Shown piece by piece: positions 13,768 through 29,380 of a stretch of DNA of 64,000 bases. Position 1 is the stretch's first letter. Every line of letters starts with the position of its first letter. The notes under the pieces are model-generated. The model saw nothing but the letters and a program-made list of their open reading frames with translations, was not told the DNA's origin and did not search any database. The DNA is from Octopus sinensis. Lineage: Eukaryota. The stretch lies in contig NC_042997.1 in the NCBI RefSeq assembly GCF_006345805.1, forward strand, positions 180,730,001-180,794,000, read 5' to 3'. Position numbers and translations under genes: made by a program.

Positions 13768-14064
13768 TACACACACACATACATACACACACACATACAT
13801 ACATACACACATACATACATACATACATATACATACATACATACATATACATACATACATACACACACATACACACACACACAGTATTGAAGCTTGAGAG
13901 CAATCAGATACATTTGCAACACATCTGTTGAAAATATTATTGTTCACACACATACATATACATATATACATACAGACAGACAGACAGATAGACACACACA
14001 CACACACATGATCCAGCATGGCCACAACCTCAAGGCTGAAACATATAAAAGAATAACAGAATAT

Positions 14065-14432
14065 AAATGTGTGCAAAGTACAAGAAATATTAATGCAGTA
14101 TATGGGGATTGGACAATAAGCGTAAGGCAGCGTCAATGGTGGTTCCAGAAATCCCGAGCCATAAACTACAGCCTAGAAGACGAGCCTCATCCTGAAAGAT
14201 CTGTAGAACTCGACAAGGACATCCTGAAAACCCTGGTGGAACAAAATATCATCGTAACTGTTGAGGAACTAGCAGAGAAGCTTGGATTTGGTCATTCAAC
14301 CATTCATTGACACCTGTGTGCTATCGGAAAAGTCAGCAAATTGGGTCAATGGGTTCCTCACGAACTTTCCGAGTCTAATTGCATGCAGAGAGTGAATGTA
14401 TGCTTTTCTTTGCTGTCATATCTCACCACTAC
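14065..14432 (+). mobile_element. Mariner (DD34D/Mos1-like) transposase N-terminal fragment
   Basis: STRNINAVYG..WFQK..LEDEP..TVEELAEKLGFGHSTIH*HL..GKVSKLGQWVPHEL (HTH and WVPHEL motif). Confidence 0.88.
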
Positions 14433-14445
14433 TGCGCTATGTATA

Positions 14446-15080
14446 TCTATATATATAAAACTGTACTTGTGTGAGTGTCTGTCCCCTTCGATTTAGATTC
14501 CTAACTACTCCCACATTTTGCGGTACAGTTTAACCAAATTCGGGTAGCTTATAGTCGGGATTCATATCGAGCCCGTCTGAATATTAGCGCGCGTCTACGA
14601 TGAGTCTACGATTTTAAAAATAATTTAACATCATTTTTTATTCCATTTTAATGCATAATTTTTCGTGTGTCGATGGCGGCGGAGTTGGCGTCCACGCTCA
14701 CACCTGCGCCTGTGGGGAAGGGAGTGTAAGGAAATCAACGTCGTAATGCGTTGTCAAGGAGACCAGTGTTCTTTTAGAACAACGACTTCATGGCTTGAAG
14801 ACACCAAAACAGAAATGGCTAAGAAAGCGTCTACATGAGTCTACGATTTTAAAAAAAAATTTACCATCGTTTTTTTCCATTTTAATGCATTTTTTCGCTA
14901 TTATATAAGGGAAGTAACTCTCTAAAAATGTCTACGATGAGTCAACGATTTAAAAAAAAATTTACCATCATATTTTTTCCATTTTAATGCATTTTTTGCT
15001 ATTTTTGGCTATAACTCTCTAAAAATGCTTATATAGTTATTTCCCTTACAAACCCGAGCAACGCCGGGCGATACTGCTAG
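14446..15080 (+). mobile_element. Non-autonomous Helitron
   Basis: 5' TCTATATATATAAAA, 3' hairpin CCCGAGCAACGCCGGG, CTAG end, inserted between A14445 and T15081. Second copy at 58780. Confidence 0.88.
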
Positions 15081-15089
15081 TATATATAT

Positions 15090-15175
<86 letters not shown>

Positions 15176-15511
15176 AAGTTTATATGTATGTATCCGTCTG
15201 TATAATAGGTAACTGCACGTATATATACTTAATATTTATTATTTATTATTTATTATTTATTATTTATTATTTATTTTTTGAGTATGCATGTAAGTATGAA
15301 CATAAGGAGTGGCGTGTACGTGTGTGTATGTGTAAGCATAGATATATGTATACTTTTACGCATGTGTGTACTTACGTGTATATATGGATGCGTGTGTGTG
15401 TGTGTGTATGGGTACGCATGTATATGTGTATGTGCGTGTATGTGTATATGTGTATGTATGTGTGTGTGTATATATATGTATATGTATGTATGTATATGTA
15501 TGTATGTGTAT

Positions 15512-15545
<34 letters not shown>

Positions 15546-16171
15546 GTATGTGTGTATGTGTATGTGTATGTATTTGTATGTGTATGCATGCGCGTATATG
15601 TATGTATATGTATACGTGTGGGTGTGTGTATGTGTGAATATATGTATGTATGTATGGGTGTATGTATGTATGTATGCGGATATGTATGTATATGTGTATA
15701 TATATATATATATTATATATATGTGTGTGTATGTGTATGTATATATGTGTGTGTATATATATGTATGTATGTATTAGTATGTAGGTGTATATGTATGTGT
15801 GTATATATATTTATTGGTGTATATGTATAGACTAGTCTTCTAAGAATGTAGACATGAATCTGTAGGTACGCGTACGTAGGTGTATATACGTGTATGTATG
15901 TAGATGTATGTATGTATGAATATAACGCGTGCGTGCGTGTATGTGTATGAGTGTAAGATTGAGTGAGTGTGCGTGCTAATGAGTGTGCGTGCGTGAGTGA
16001 GTGCTTGTGCTCAAGTAGAAAGATAAAAGGGACTAGCTGTCAGCCAAGATGCTTGTGACCAGCGGTCAAAGATAACAAAAGTAATAAATGAAGATAATAA
16101 AATTAAAATTAGGGAATGGGTTTGTATTTGTATGTATATATGTGTGTATGTGTGGGTATGAATAGGTACAC

Positions 16172-16222
<51 letters not shown>

Positions 16223-16600
16223 ATATGTATATATACATATATATGTGTATATGTATATATGAGTATATGGGGACTTGTGTGTTGTGTGTGCATGTGTGTA
16301 TGTGGATATATGTGTGTGTGCATGTGTGTATGTGTATGTGTGTGTATGTATATATTTTTTTTGTGTGTATGTGTATGTGTGGTCGTGTGTGTGTATATAT
16401 AAATGTGTGTGTGTATATGTATATGCATGTATATGTGTATGTATGTGTGTATATGTATATATATGTGTATATAGATATATGTAGATATATATGTGTATAT
16501 GTATGTGTGTATATATATATATATGGGTGTGTGTGTATGTATGTGTGTATGTATATGTGTGTGTGTGTATATATGTATACATATGTGTATAGGTATAAGT
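15081..16600. repeat. Long compound (AT)/(GT)/(ATGT) microsatellite array
   Basis: Directly visible; source of the many YV/CM/HI-rich spurious ORFs. Confidence 0.95.
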
Positions 16601-16818
16601 GAGATTTTCCTTATTTACCTAAAACTCTATTCTTCTATATATTTTTTTATTCTCCTTTTTTTTATTCTTTTATTTATTCTTCTATCTAATTTACCACTGA
16701 CTCCTTGACCACTCCCCCAAGTATGATTTTTTGCGCTATGCCTACCCCCAAAAAGTCCCCCACCACCCCCCTTTAAACCTGCCTAAATGTATAAATGCCA
16801 ATACAATTCTTGTTAACT

Positions 16819-16869
16819 AGCTTCCTGAAGATTTCTCTTGAATGAAACAGTTCTAGTCCTGTAGAAGCT
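16819..16869 (+). ncRNA. Type I hammerhead ribozyme-like motif
   Basis: Helix I AGCTTC/GAAGCT; core CTGAAGA; helix II TTC/GAA with a U.U closing pair; GAAA; helix III ACAG/CTGT; GUA cleavage triplet. Confidence 0.7.
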
Positions 16870-16952
16870 CCTTCTATATAATAAATTAATTTTACTCTGC
16901 TATGTATTGAGTACCTTATTTACTGTGGTTAACCCCGAATCAACCCGGGACC

Positions 16953-16954
<2 letters not shown>

Positions 16955-16996
<42 letters not shown>

Positions 16997-17050
16997 ATAT
17001 ATACGTATATATATCTACATATATCTACATATATATAGATATATATATAC

Positions 17051-17095
<45 letters not shown>

Positions 17096-17123
17096 TAGAT
17101 AGATATATATATATTATATAATA

Positions 17124-17173
<50 letters not shown>

Positions 17174-17593
17174 CATGTATATATACACACACGTATAGAT
17201 ATATGTATACATATAGAAATACGTATATAGATATTATATATACATATGTGTGTGCGCGTGCATGTGTGTGTACGCACGCGTCTGTAGTCATATATATATA
17301 TATATATCTGTAGTTATATATATATATATATATATATATATAACTACAGATATATATATATATATGACTACAGACGCGTGCGTACACACACATGCACGCG
17401 CACACACATATGTATATATAATATCTATATACGTATTTCTATATGTATACATATATCTATACGTGTTTGTATATATACATGTATATATATATATATATTA
17501 TATATATATATATTATATATATATATATATATAATATATATATATACGTATATATATATCTATATATATGTAGATATATGTAGATATATATAC

Positions 17594-17630
<37 letters not shown>
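16955..17630. repeat. Near-perfect low-complexity palindrome centred on (AT)n at ~17325
   Basis: GCGCGTGCATGTGTGTGTACGCACGCGTCTGTAGTC is mirrored by GACTACAGACGCGTGCGTACACACACATGCACGCGC, and the mirroring continues outward. Confidence 0.85.
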
Positions 17631-17632
<2 letters not shown>

Positions 17633-17647
17633 AAGGGGTGATTATAT

Positions 17648-18002
17648 ATATGTGGGGTGATTATAACCAAAAAATAAGCAACAAGAATGGATCCGGTAAT
17701 TTAGTACAATTGTTTCATACTATAACAATTTATTAAAGCTGCAAATATTACAGCAAATATAATATATCAAGTAATCTTCAGCTAATTTCATATAGGTTTT
17801 CCAATAATGTAAATATATATATATATATATATATATATTACATTATTGGAAAACCTATATGAAATTAGCTGAAGATTACTTGATATATTATATTTGCTGT
17901 AATATTTGCAGCTTTAATAAATTGTTATAGTATGAAACAATTGTACTAAATTACCGGATCCATTCTTGTTGCTTATTTTTTGGTTATAATCACCCCACAT
18001 AT
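17648..18002. repeat. Essentially perfect ~355-bp palindrome with (AT)n centre; hammerhead-like motif in each arm
   Basis: Arms are reverse complements. + strand 17865-17949 reads TTAG-CTGAAGA-..-GAAAC-AATT-GTA-CTAA; the mirror motif lies at 17701-17785 (-). Confidence 0.9.
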
Positions 18003-18086
18003 TTTTATGGGTAATACCATAAAAAATTGTGGTGCATCTAAATTAAGTACCATATTCATTTGAATCTAAATTGTTTTGCTGAACTG

Positions 18087-18124
<38 letters not shown>

Positions 18125-21100
18125 CTGTGTATGAACTATGTATGTAAAAAATAATATTGATGAAGAAGTCCTAATTGGCAGTATTGCAGTATTACACCTA
18201 TCAATTCTGTCTCTTTTATTCAACATAATCATGTATAATATGTGAATAAAAAGAGTTGATGAACATCCATGTTTATACAGAGAACAGATAAGTGTAGACT
18301 ATAAAGTTTATGTGATATATAATTTCAAAACACGTACGATGATTCGACAGATATTAAATGTACAAATCGCAAGCACAATGATTAACTGAAGAAATATATT
18401 TACTCTATGTTCGAGATGAAAATAACTCCAAGGTAAAAAGGAAAACAAAAAACACAAATTACACAAACAGAAATGAAATGCAAATATGTATAAGGAAAAA
18501 TATTGAACTATTTATTCTTGAACATAGACAGAAGAGAGAAAAAATTAACGTGTTCTTCGAAGCGTAAACTTTCCACTTGGACTGAAACTTTTCAGAGCAA
18601 TATTTTATACTTAACTGTAATGGAAATATTAACTGAAATTAACTTGTTCGTATAATGCAGGAAGATTTTTATTAACGTCATAAATTGAATTCTAAAGATA
18701 CTAGTATATGGAGCGACACAAATTATACGCTTCAAACAAATGGCCTTGCAGATACTTATGTAAATGGAAACAATTTGAAAAATTGGTGCAAAGGATAGCA
18801 TTTTCAAAGCAACAAACTTTAATTGAAAAGAAAATTATTTATCAATGTCTCAAAACTAATCTTGAGAATTCAGCAAGAGCCGGTTTATTGATGAAGCTTT
18901 TGTCGTTGTTATCGAAGAAATAACAATGTATTTCATTGTTAGGGAACAAGTCACATATAACTGAATAAAGTATTTTTCAATAGTATCCAAACTTGCTGCT
19001 CATTTCATATTGTTTATATGCTGTATCGGCTGCAGATGCTGCTGGATATTCTTGCCTAGAAAGGCTATTTGCAGTTAAACATTTCTTTTCCTTTAACCAA
19101 ATAATGATCTCTAACCAATGGAAAATTTGTTAAATCTCGATTGAATATTAGAGTATAACCTTTATGACCTCTCTAGTATATACTATTTGCTAACACCAAT
19201 TCATATAACTGATATGAATGTTTCCTCGACTTGAAAGTTTATCTGATAACTATAGTCACAAAAGAACTTAAATCTAACATTTAATACATACTTATATTTC
19301 TGGTCGTTTGGAAAATACATCTTCCATATAAAAATTCAGAGATAATACAAAAACATTGAAAGAACCATTCACTCAATGTTGTGAGTTCATGCCCCTTCCT
19401 CGAATCTATTTTCTATCTATTTAGTTACTAATGAAAAAAGTACAGGTGAAAAATCATTTCACAAAAATTGTTCTTCCTGGGAAAAATTAATAAATTATGA
19501 ATAATTCGATTTTGCGCACATAAATAAATTAGTCACCAGGCTTTACATCCATTCCCCAGCACTTGTGGCGGAGGATACTTATAATTAATTACTTTACAGT
19601 GCTGTCACAGAAACATAATGAATAAACCAGAGACAATACTTTGTTGAAACTAATATAATTGCCAGATCATATGTAAAAATATTTTAAGCACCTGATCCTG
19701 TTAATTTCACTTTTCATTTTGTAGCACTCTATTGTGAAAGACTGTAATCTTTGGAAACCAGGATGATGAATTACATTCATTAGATATGTATACAGTATAA
19801 TTTCTATATGTTTGCTAAACATTTAGTCTGTCTGGGAATGTAGAATATTTGATCAATACATAGGGCGTGCGTTAGCTTGGACTCAAGAAGTAATCTATAA
19901 GTTTAGTCTTAAACCAATGATAGCTTAAGTCTGTTTCCCAAGATGAAAACAGTACTCGGGGTTTAGGTGGTATAGAAATGTAAAAGTGACCATGACTATC
20001 ATTAAGTAAATACAAAGTGTTTTATGCAGTGACATTAATAACTTGAAACAAATAAATAATGGGTTATAGGTAAATAAATATACGAAATCATAATCATGTT
20101 TAATAAAGATCTGTATAGTTTCGATGGGAAAGTAGATCCCGTGAGGAAATGATAGGACATTCAGTGACTTTGGTTTAGGCTCTGACTAAATTGCTTTTCA
20201 CTTCAACAGTTTAACATTGTCTACATTGGTATGGCATATATTGTTATTCTGCATATGTCTGCTAAAATCGGGAACAAATCCTAGTAATAGTAATTTATAA
20301 CCTGGAGTGTACCTCTAAATTGACAAACTAATTAAGCAGAAGATGGGTTATTGTTAATCATGCTCTTCATATCTACACATATCTTCAATGTCCGTCATTT
20401 ATGGCTGATAAAACAACTTTACACGATGTATTTAGCCATTATCAAAACTGCGCCATTGGATATAGACTTATCTCAAAATGAAATATAAATGTTTGGAGTT
20501 GATAATAATCACGTACAAATATGTTCACGTCGGTGAACAATCGACTCTGAACATTGGCCAGGAGAGAAAAATTCTATATAAATCTCATTAGAAACCATTT
20601 AAAACTTTCAATGGTAATTTAAACATTTACATCTTTTTGTATTTGAAGAATTGTTATGTCTTGTTGAGTAAATAAGGTGAGATCATCGGTTAGCTTTACA
20701 TGCTAATTCATGCATACATAATGAATTCAGTTCGCGGCATATGAAACTCATGAACCATTTATCGATTGATTTGCTAAGTCTTCTGTCACAAAACTATTAT
20801 GCTACGAGATTTGGACTTTAAATGTAACAGTCATAGAGATATCAATAGTAAAAACATGAGTGAATATACTAGTACCGACAATAAATGATCTCTATGAACT
20901 TGAGTAGATGCCAATGTGATTAGTTGTAGGCAGATGATTAGAACATCTCATGTTTGAAGAAAGTCAAAGCGATCTCCAAAGCACTATCGTAATAAAGTTT
21001 ACATAGGTCATTGGTTATAGAAATTATAACTACAAAGCATTTTGAATTGTGAAGAAAATAGAGGTGAACGTTTAGTAAAGTTGATAGCAAGTAAATTTAA

Positions 21101-22206
21101 ATGTGTTATAAGACATGAATGTTATTATTTGTTTTGAGCTGAAGGAAGAGAATGCAAGTTATAAAGAGAAACAGTCATAGTCGATTGGATCAAAACCTTT
21201 CTGGTATTGTAGATTCCAGGTCTTGATCCTAGTAGGTCTGACAACGCCGGTACTCTTTGCAGTGAATACCAGTAGTGAAATTTTGCGCAAATGCATATAT
21301 ATGTGAGGAGGTGCGTGTTGAACGTGCAAGCGTATGTTATGTGCGTGTGTACTGAACCGTAACATAGTTTATTTAACGTCCGTTCATATACAGTTTCATC
21401 ATTATGGATTTTAGAAATGGTAGGCGGGAGAATGTTTAATGACCAGAAAGATGAAATATAGCAAGCTCAACATTGACCTTATCGAGGTGATGGTTTCGAG
21501 CCATAAATTCTTCACTATGTCCTCCGAAACATTAATGTACAGTTATAATATTCTTACCCTCTACTAAATATTTTTGTGCAGTTGTTTTCAATATAAGCAT
21601 AAGAACATTCACTTTTTCCTCCTGTAAAGAGAAATTTGACGGAGCAGTATCATATCATAATAAAGCCTTAAGCAAAATTAGCTTCAGCAATAGCTATAAA
21701 TACACGTTTTACCTATTTACCTCCCGAAAATATAAAATTTCTACGAAATTGTCTCTTTTTGCAGGAACAAAACAGGCGGATTCAAATTATCATCCGCAAT
21801 TACTGAGGGGAAAAGCTTTTGATAAGCTTATACTAATCCTACCACATATTTTAGAGAAAATATGAGAAACACGTTTATAGATTTATTAAAATACACCTAA
21901 CGGCTGAAAGACAGCAACACTGAATACTCTATTAAATAGAGAATTAAAGAGAAAAGTGGGCATACATCAATGGTACGAATGATGCTGTATATTCACTGTG
22001 GTAAAGGTTACTCCATAGCATTCTACAAAATTAGATTGTTTCAAAATATACATTTTTTCAAGTTTCTCCTAAATTCTAGTGTTACACAAATACCTCTTAT
22101 GGTGTAACAATTTTCCTGCACGTTTTATTTGTTAATTCTAACCAGAAACTATATTTACTTTATTTTAATATTCAAATGTAATTATTAATACATACATATA
22201 TATACT

Positions 22207-22483
22207 GGAGGCGCAACAGCCCAGTGGCCCAGTGGTTAGGTCAGCGGACTCGCGGTCGGAGGATCGCGATTTCGATTCCCAGACCGGACGTTGTGTGTGT
22301 TTGTTGAGCGAAAACACCTGAAAGCCCCACGATGCTCCGGCAGGGGGTGGTGGCAACCCTTGTTGTACTCTTTCGCCACGACTTTCTCTCACTCTCTCTT
22401 CCTCAACTGGGGGGAACACATACGTCACAGAAACCGGGAAACCGGGCCCATGAGCCTGGCTAGGCTTGAGAAGGGTGAAAAAA
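22207..22483 (+). mobile_element. SINE family D (tRNA-derived)
   Basis: GGAGGCGCAA..CCCAGTGGTTAG (A box), TTTCGATTCCC (B-box-like), GAGCGAAAACACC. Copies at 49331 and 54154. Confidence 0.85.
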
Positions 22484-23064
22484 CATGGACACACACAGGG
22501 ACACGCACTCACACACACAGACACACACAAATGTTTCAACTATTCGTTTCAAATAGCATTTCTTTGTTTTCCAATTCTTCCCTTGCTGTCTTTTTTTATA
22601 TCACGTGACTTCAATCTTGGTATTAAATACGCCGTTAAAATAAATTTATCTCCGCTTCAACTAAATACATTTTTGTACATCTTCTGAAGGTAGGATTATA
22701 CATCTGACAAGATTTCACTATTTTCAACAAAGTATAAATAGTAAGAAGTGTCCTGTTTCAACGTGGAATATTTACACGAAAAGACAAACATATGATTTAT
22801 GCATACTCCTACAATAATGTTATTGAGTGCCTTTGCATTTTCTTTTCTTATGCACTGATAAACATTAGACTAGAAGTGTATCATTATCGTAAGTGTGTTT
22901 GGACTTAGGATTGCAGGATCGCGAATTCCATTGCTGGATTTGTCAGCGGGTTATCTTCATGAGTAAGGAACATTGTTTCCCATCTTTCAGCAGAAAATAC
23001 TTAAGCAACAACTAATAATGTGGATCTACTTTACTCGCTGTTCCGCTTGATTAAAAACAGAAGT

Positions 23065-23136
23065 TGGGTAAAAGTAGCAGACAGTATTCCCCTTCGAGTA
23101 ACTGGAAGGCGAATACGATCTGCTAGTTTGTAGCCA
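23065..23136. ncRNA. 72-nt imperfect stem-loop, pre-miRNA-like
   Basis: About 25 bp paired by hand, with isolated mismatches and a 9-nt loop (GAGTAACTG). Confidence 0.35.
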
Positions 23137-23288
23137 CCTCCTGTTAAGCATAAGTTTGTTCGCATTTGTGTTGTTGATAACATGTATGTATATATATACA
23201 TACACACACACACATATATATATATGTGTATATATATATATATATATTATATATATATCCATAAATACACACACACACATATATATAC

Positions 23289-23324
<36 letters not shown>

Positions 23325-23354
23325 ATAAATACACACACACACACATATATATAC

Positions 23355-23396
<42 letters not shown>

Positions 23397-23488
23397 TATA
23401 ATATATATATATAGTGAGAATTTACAAAAAAAAAAGAGGGCGTGGAAACAACAAACATGTATTGGTTTAACGCTCGGGAAGTGAGAAT

Positions 23489-23528
23489 GTCTCTTACGTT
23501 TCGAGCCTACGCTCTTCGACATAAAGAC
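23489..23528 (-). ncRNA. Degenerate minimal type I hammerhead-like motif
   Basis: GTCTTT-ATGTCGA-A-GAGC GTAG GCTC-GAAA-CG-TA-AGAGAC. Helices I and II pair and helix III is the palindrome ACGT, but the core differs from CTGANGA at two positions. Confidence 0.5.
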
Positions 23529-23604
23529 AGAAATAAACAGAGAGAGAATATAAAAAAGGTTAAGTGGCTAGCGATATATCATGGCGAATGCCGGACAGCG
23601 AGGC

Positions 23605-26805
<3,201 letters not shown>

Positions 26806-27142
26806 TAGCGTGTGTGTTTGCATGTATGTGTGTATGTGTATGTGAGTATGTATTCCGCCAAAGTCAACATTGCCGTTAATCTCATAAATAGAGTAACGGT
26901 AATGCATCGACTGCTATTGATTCCTCTTATTTTCCTTGTTTTGTGCTGGTCCGTTTGGACACAACCTCATCCATAGTAAAAATCACTGTCACTAGGTCTG
27001 CCGTTGATAGAACTCGATAATACTGCAAAACTACTGCAGGAGTTTAATGCAATCTGGAAGAGGACTGAAGAAAACACTGTACAATTTGCCGTAATTTAGC
27101 GAAATTTCAAGTCTTTCACTATCAGATCATGAACATTCAGGT

Positions 27143-27472
27143 GGCGATCTGGCAGAATCGTTAGCACGCCAGGCGAAATGCTTAGCGCTATTGCGTCTGT
27201 CTTTTCATTCTGAGTCCAAATCCCGCCGAGGTTGACTTTGCCTTTCATCCTTTCGGGGTCGATAACTTATGTACCAGTTGGGGGTCGATGTAATTGACTT
27301 AATCCCTTTGTCTGTCCTTGTTTGTCCCCCCTATGTTTAGCCCCTTGTGGGCAATAAAGAAAGAAGAAACGTTACCACGCCGGGTGAAATGCTTAGCGGT
27401 ATTGCGTCTGTCTTTACGTTCTGAGTTCAAATTCTGCCAAGGTTGACTTTGCCTTACATCCTTTCAGGGTCT
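27143..27472 (+). mobile_element. SINE family A, monomer plus partial tandem copy
   Basis: GGCGATCTGGCAGAATCGTTAGCACG head, B-box-like GAGTCCAAATCCC, central domain; the second unit restarts at ~27365. Confidence 0.85.
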
Positions 27473-27599
27473 ATTTTGGTCCAATGTTAGTCCAGTGATG
27501 ACAATTCATATAGAGTATTGTGCCACACGGCTAGACTTACTTATATACTAATTGTCAGCTCAATCAGGGTAAAAAGTAATTGTCGATAATTGATTTCAA

Positions 27600-28150
27600 A
27601 TTTTAGCCCAAGGAAAACAAATTCGGCTGAATGGGGTAGATCGATTATATCAACCCTTCTGCACAACTGGTATTTGTTTTATCGACCCTGAAGGAATAAA
27701 AGGCAAAGTCGACCCTCGGCAGAATTTGAACTCAGAAAATAATGACAGACGAAATGCCGCTAAGTATAATGCCTGTCGTAGTAACTATTCCACTAGCTGA
27801 AATTTGAGGTTTAAAGTGACGTTAGTAAACAAGGTAATTTATTAACTATATTTATCTTCTGTCCACAAGTGGGTCATAATTTTCAAACTTTACGACATAA
27901 AGTTTTACCGACCCAGAAAGAATAAAAAGCGATGTCAACCCTCGGAGGAATTTGAACTCAGAATGTAAAGACGGACGAAATGCCGCTAAGCATTTTGCTC
28001 CGTGTGGTAATTCTACTAGCTGGCCTCCTTGACACGACACAGGTTTGAAATTTGAAGTTTAAAGTGACCGTAGTAAACAAGGTAATTCATTAACTATATT
28101 CATCTTCTGTTCACAATTGGATCTTAATTTTGAAACTTTAGGACGTAGAG
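27600..28150 (-). mobile_element. Two SINE family A heads, each followed by a homologous ~105-bp flank (old tandem duplication)
   Basis: GAAATTTGAGGTTTAAAGTGACGTTAGTAAACAAGGTAAT.. recurs at ~27800 and ~28050 after each SINE head. Confidence 0.75.
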
Positions 28151-29276
28151 TGGTGACTTCAAACGAATTAAGAACATAAGTTAGTTCGAATCCCGTTTTC
28201 ACGTTGAAATCTATTTCGCTAGGAACGTTCTCCCGTTTCTTTTATAACAATGTATTCTTCTGATGCATTTTATTTGGGATCAACAAAACAAATGTTGCTT
28301 TTGTTTAACTTCAAATCAACTTTGAGTGGACTTCTGAAGGCACATTCTAAACGTGGACACCACGTTTTGTTAGAGATACATAGGAATACATTATCGTATG
28401 ATTATTTCCATATTTTTTGCAAAACCTAGAGTGTGACTTCATGGGCCTTTGGCTTCTATATTCTGTAATATTTCGTGACAATGCGTCAAGACTACAGCGC
28501 TCATGAAAAATTTCCAGTGTTACCACAGATATTTAGCTTTAATCAGCTATTAATATTGTTAGTATAATTTATAGTGCAACGAAATGATTGTTAGTGGGTC
28601 GCTTAAATACGCGTGTCATTTACTTATTTGCTTTTATACTATAGGCACTTCTGGATAACTATGTCCAATTGCTAAGCTCCCATACGAGTGGCTAATTTTG
28701 CTTATGTTTATTTACGGATTTCTCTATATGTATGTACGAGTTGATTCACATTCACTCGTACATACATTCGAAATAATATATATATATATATATATGATGT
28801 AGAATGTCTGTGTGGTGGAGCTGCATGCGGATCTATAACCAATGTAATAATTAGAAACTGTATCTGGCAGGCAAGAATGACAGTTCATAAATAACTTTCA
28901 ACTTCAAAATATCAAATAATGATACACAATTTTCTATAGGTATCATTAAATTCAGTAGCAATATTATAAATTAAAAACGGATAAAAATCTACTTCAATAA
29001 TGAAGCCAAACTTTCATTAAAATCAGCTGCAATATTTTCAATAATGAAAGAAAAATAAACAAGAGTGAAGTTACATTATTGGGTCTGCAAAATTTCAATA
29101 GTTTGGAGAAAACAATTCCTTATTATAATTCATGAAGAGTTTATACTGAGAAAATTAATTTTCAATGCGTTTTAGAATTTAGCATTCACTTCAAAGTGGA
29201 ATTTCCAATCAAAGAACATAATAGGCACTTAATAAGAGACGACAACTATTTCAGAGGTAACACTGATTTATATGCA

Positions 29277-29288
29277 TAAATAATAATG

Positions 29289-29377
<89 letters not shown>

Positions 29378-29380
29378 GAG
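29277..29380 (+). repeat. (AAT)n microsatellite
   Basis: Directly visible. Confidence 0.95.

Noticed and set aside
15184-17641. Numerous long ORFs (YV/CM/HT/IY-rich), here and at 23-26, 31-32, 42.7-43, 49 and 61-63 kb
   Set aside because: They are translations of dinucleotide and tetranucleotide microsatellites, which lack stops by composition.
18150-21200. Long unique AT-rich stretch considered as an endogenous viral element or GPCR pseudogene
   Set aside because: Hand translation of the parts examined gave frequent stops and no recognisable motif.
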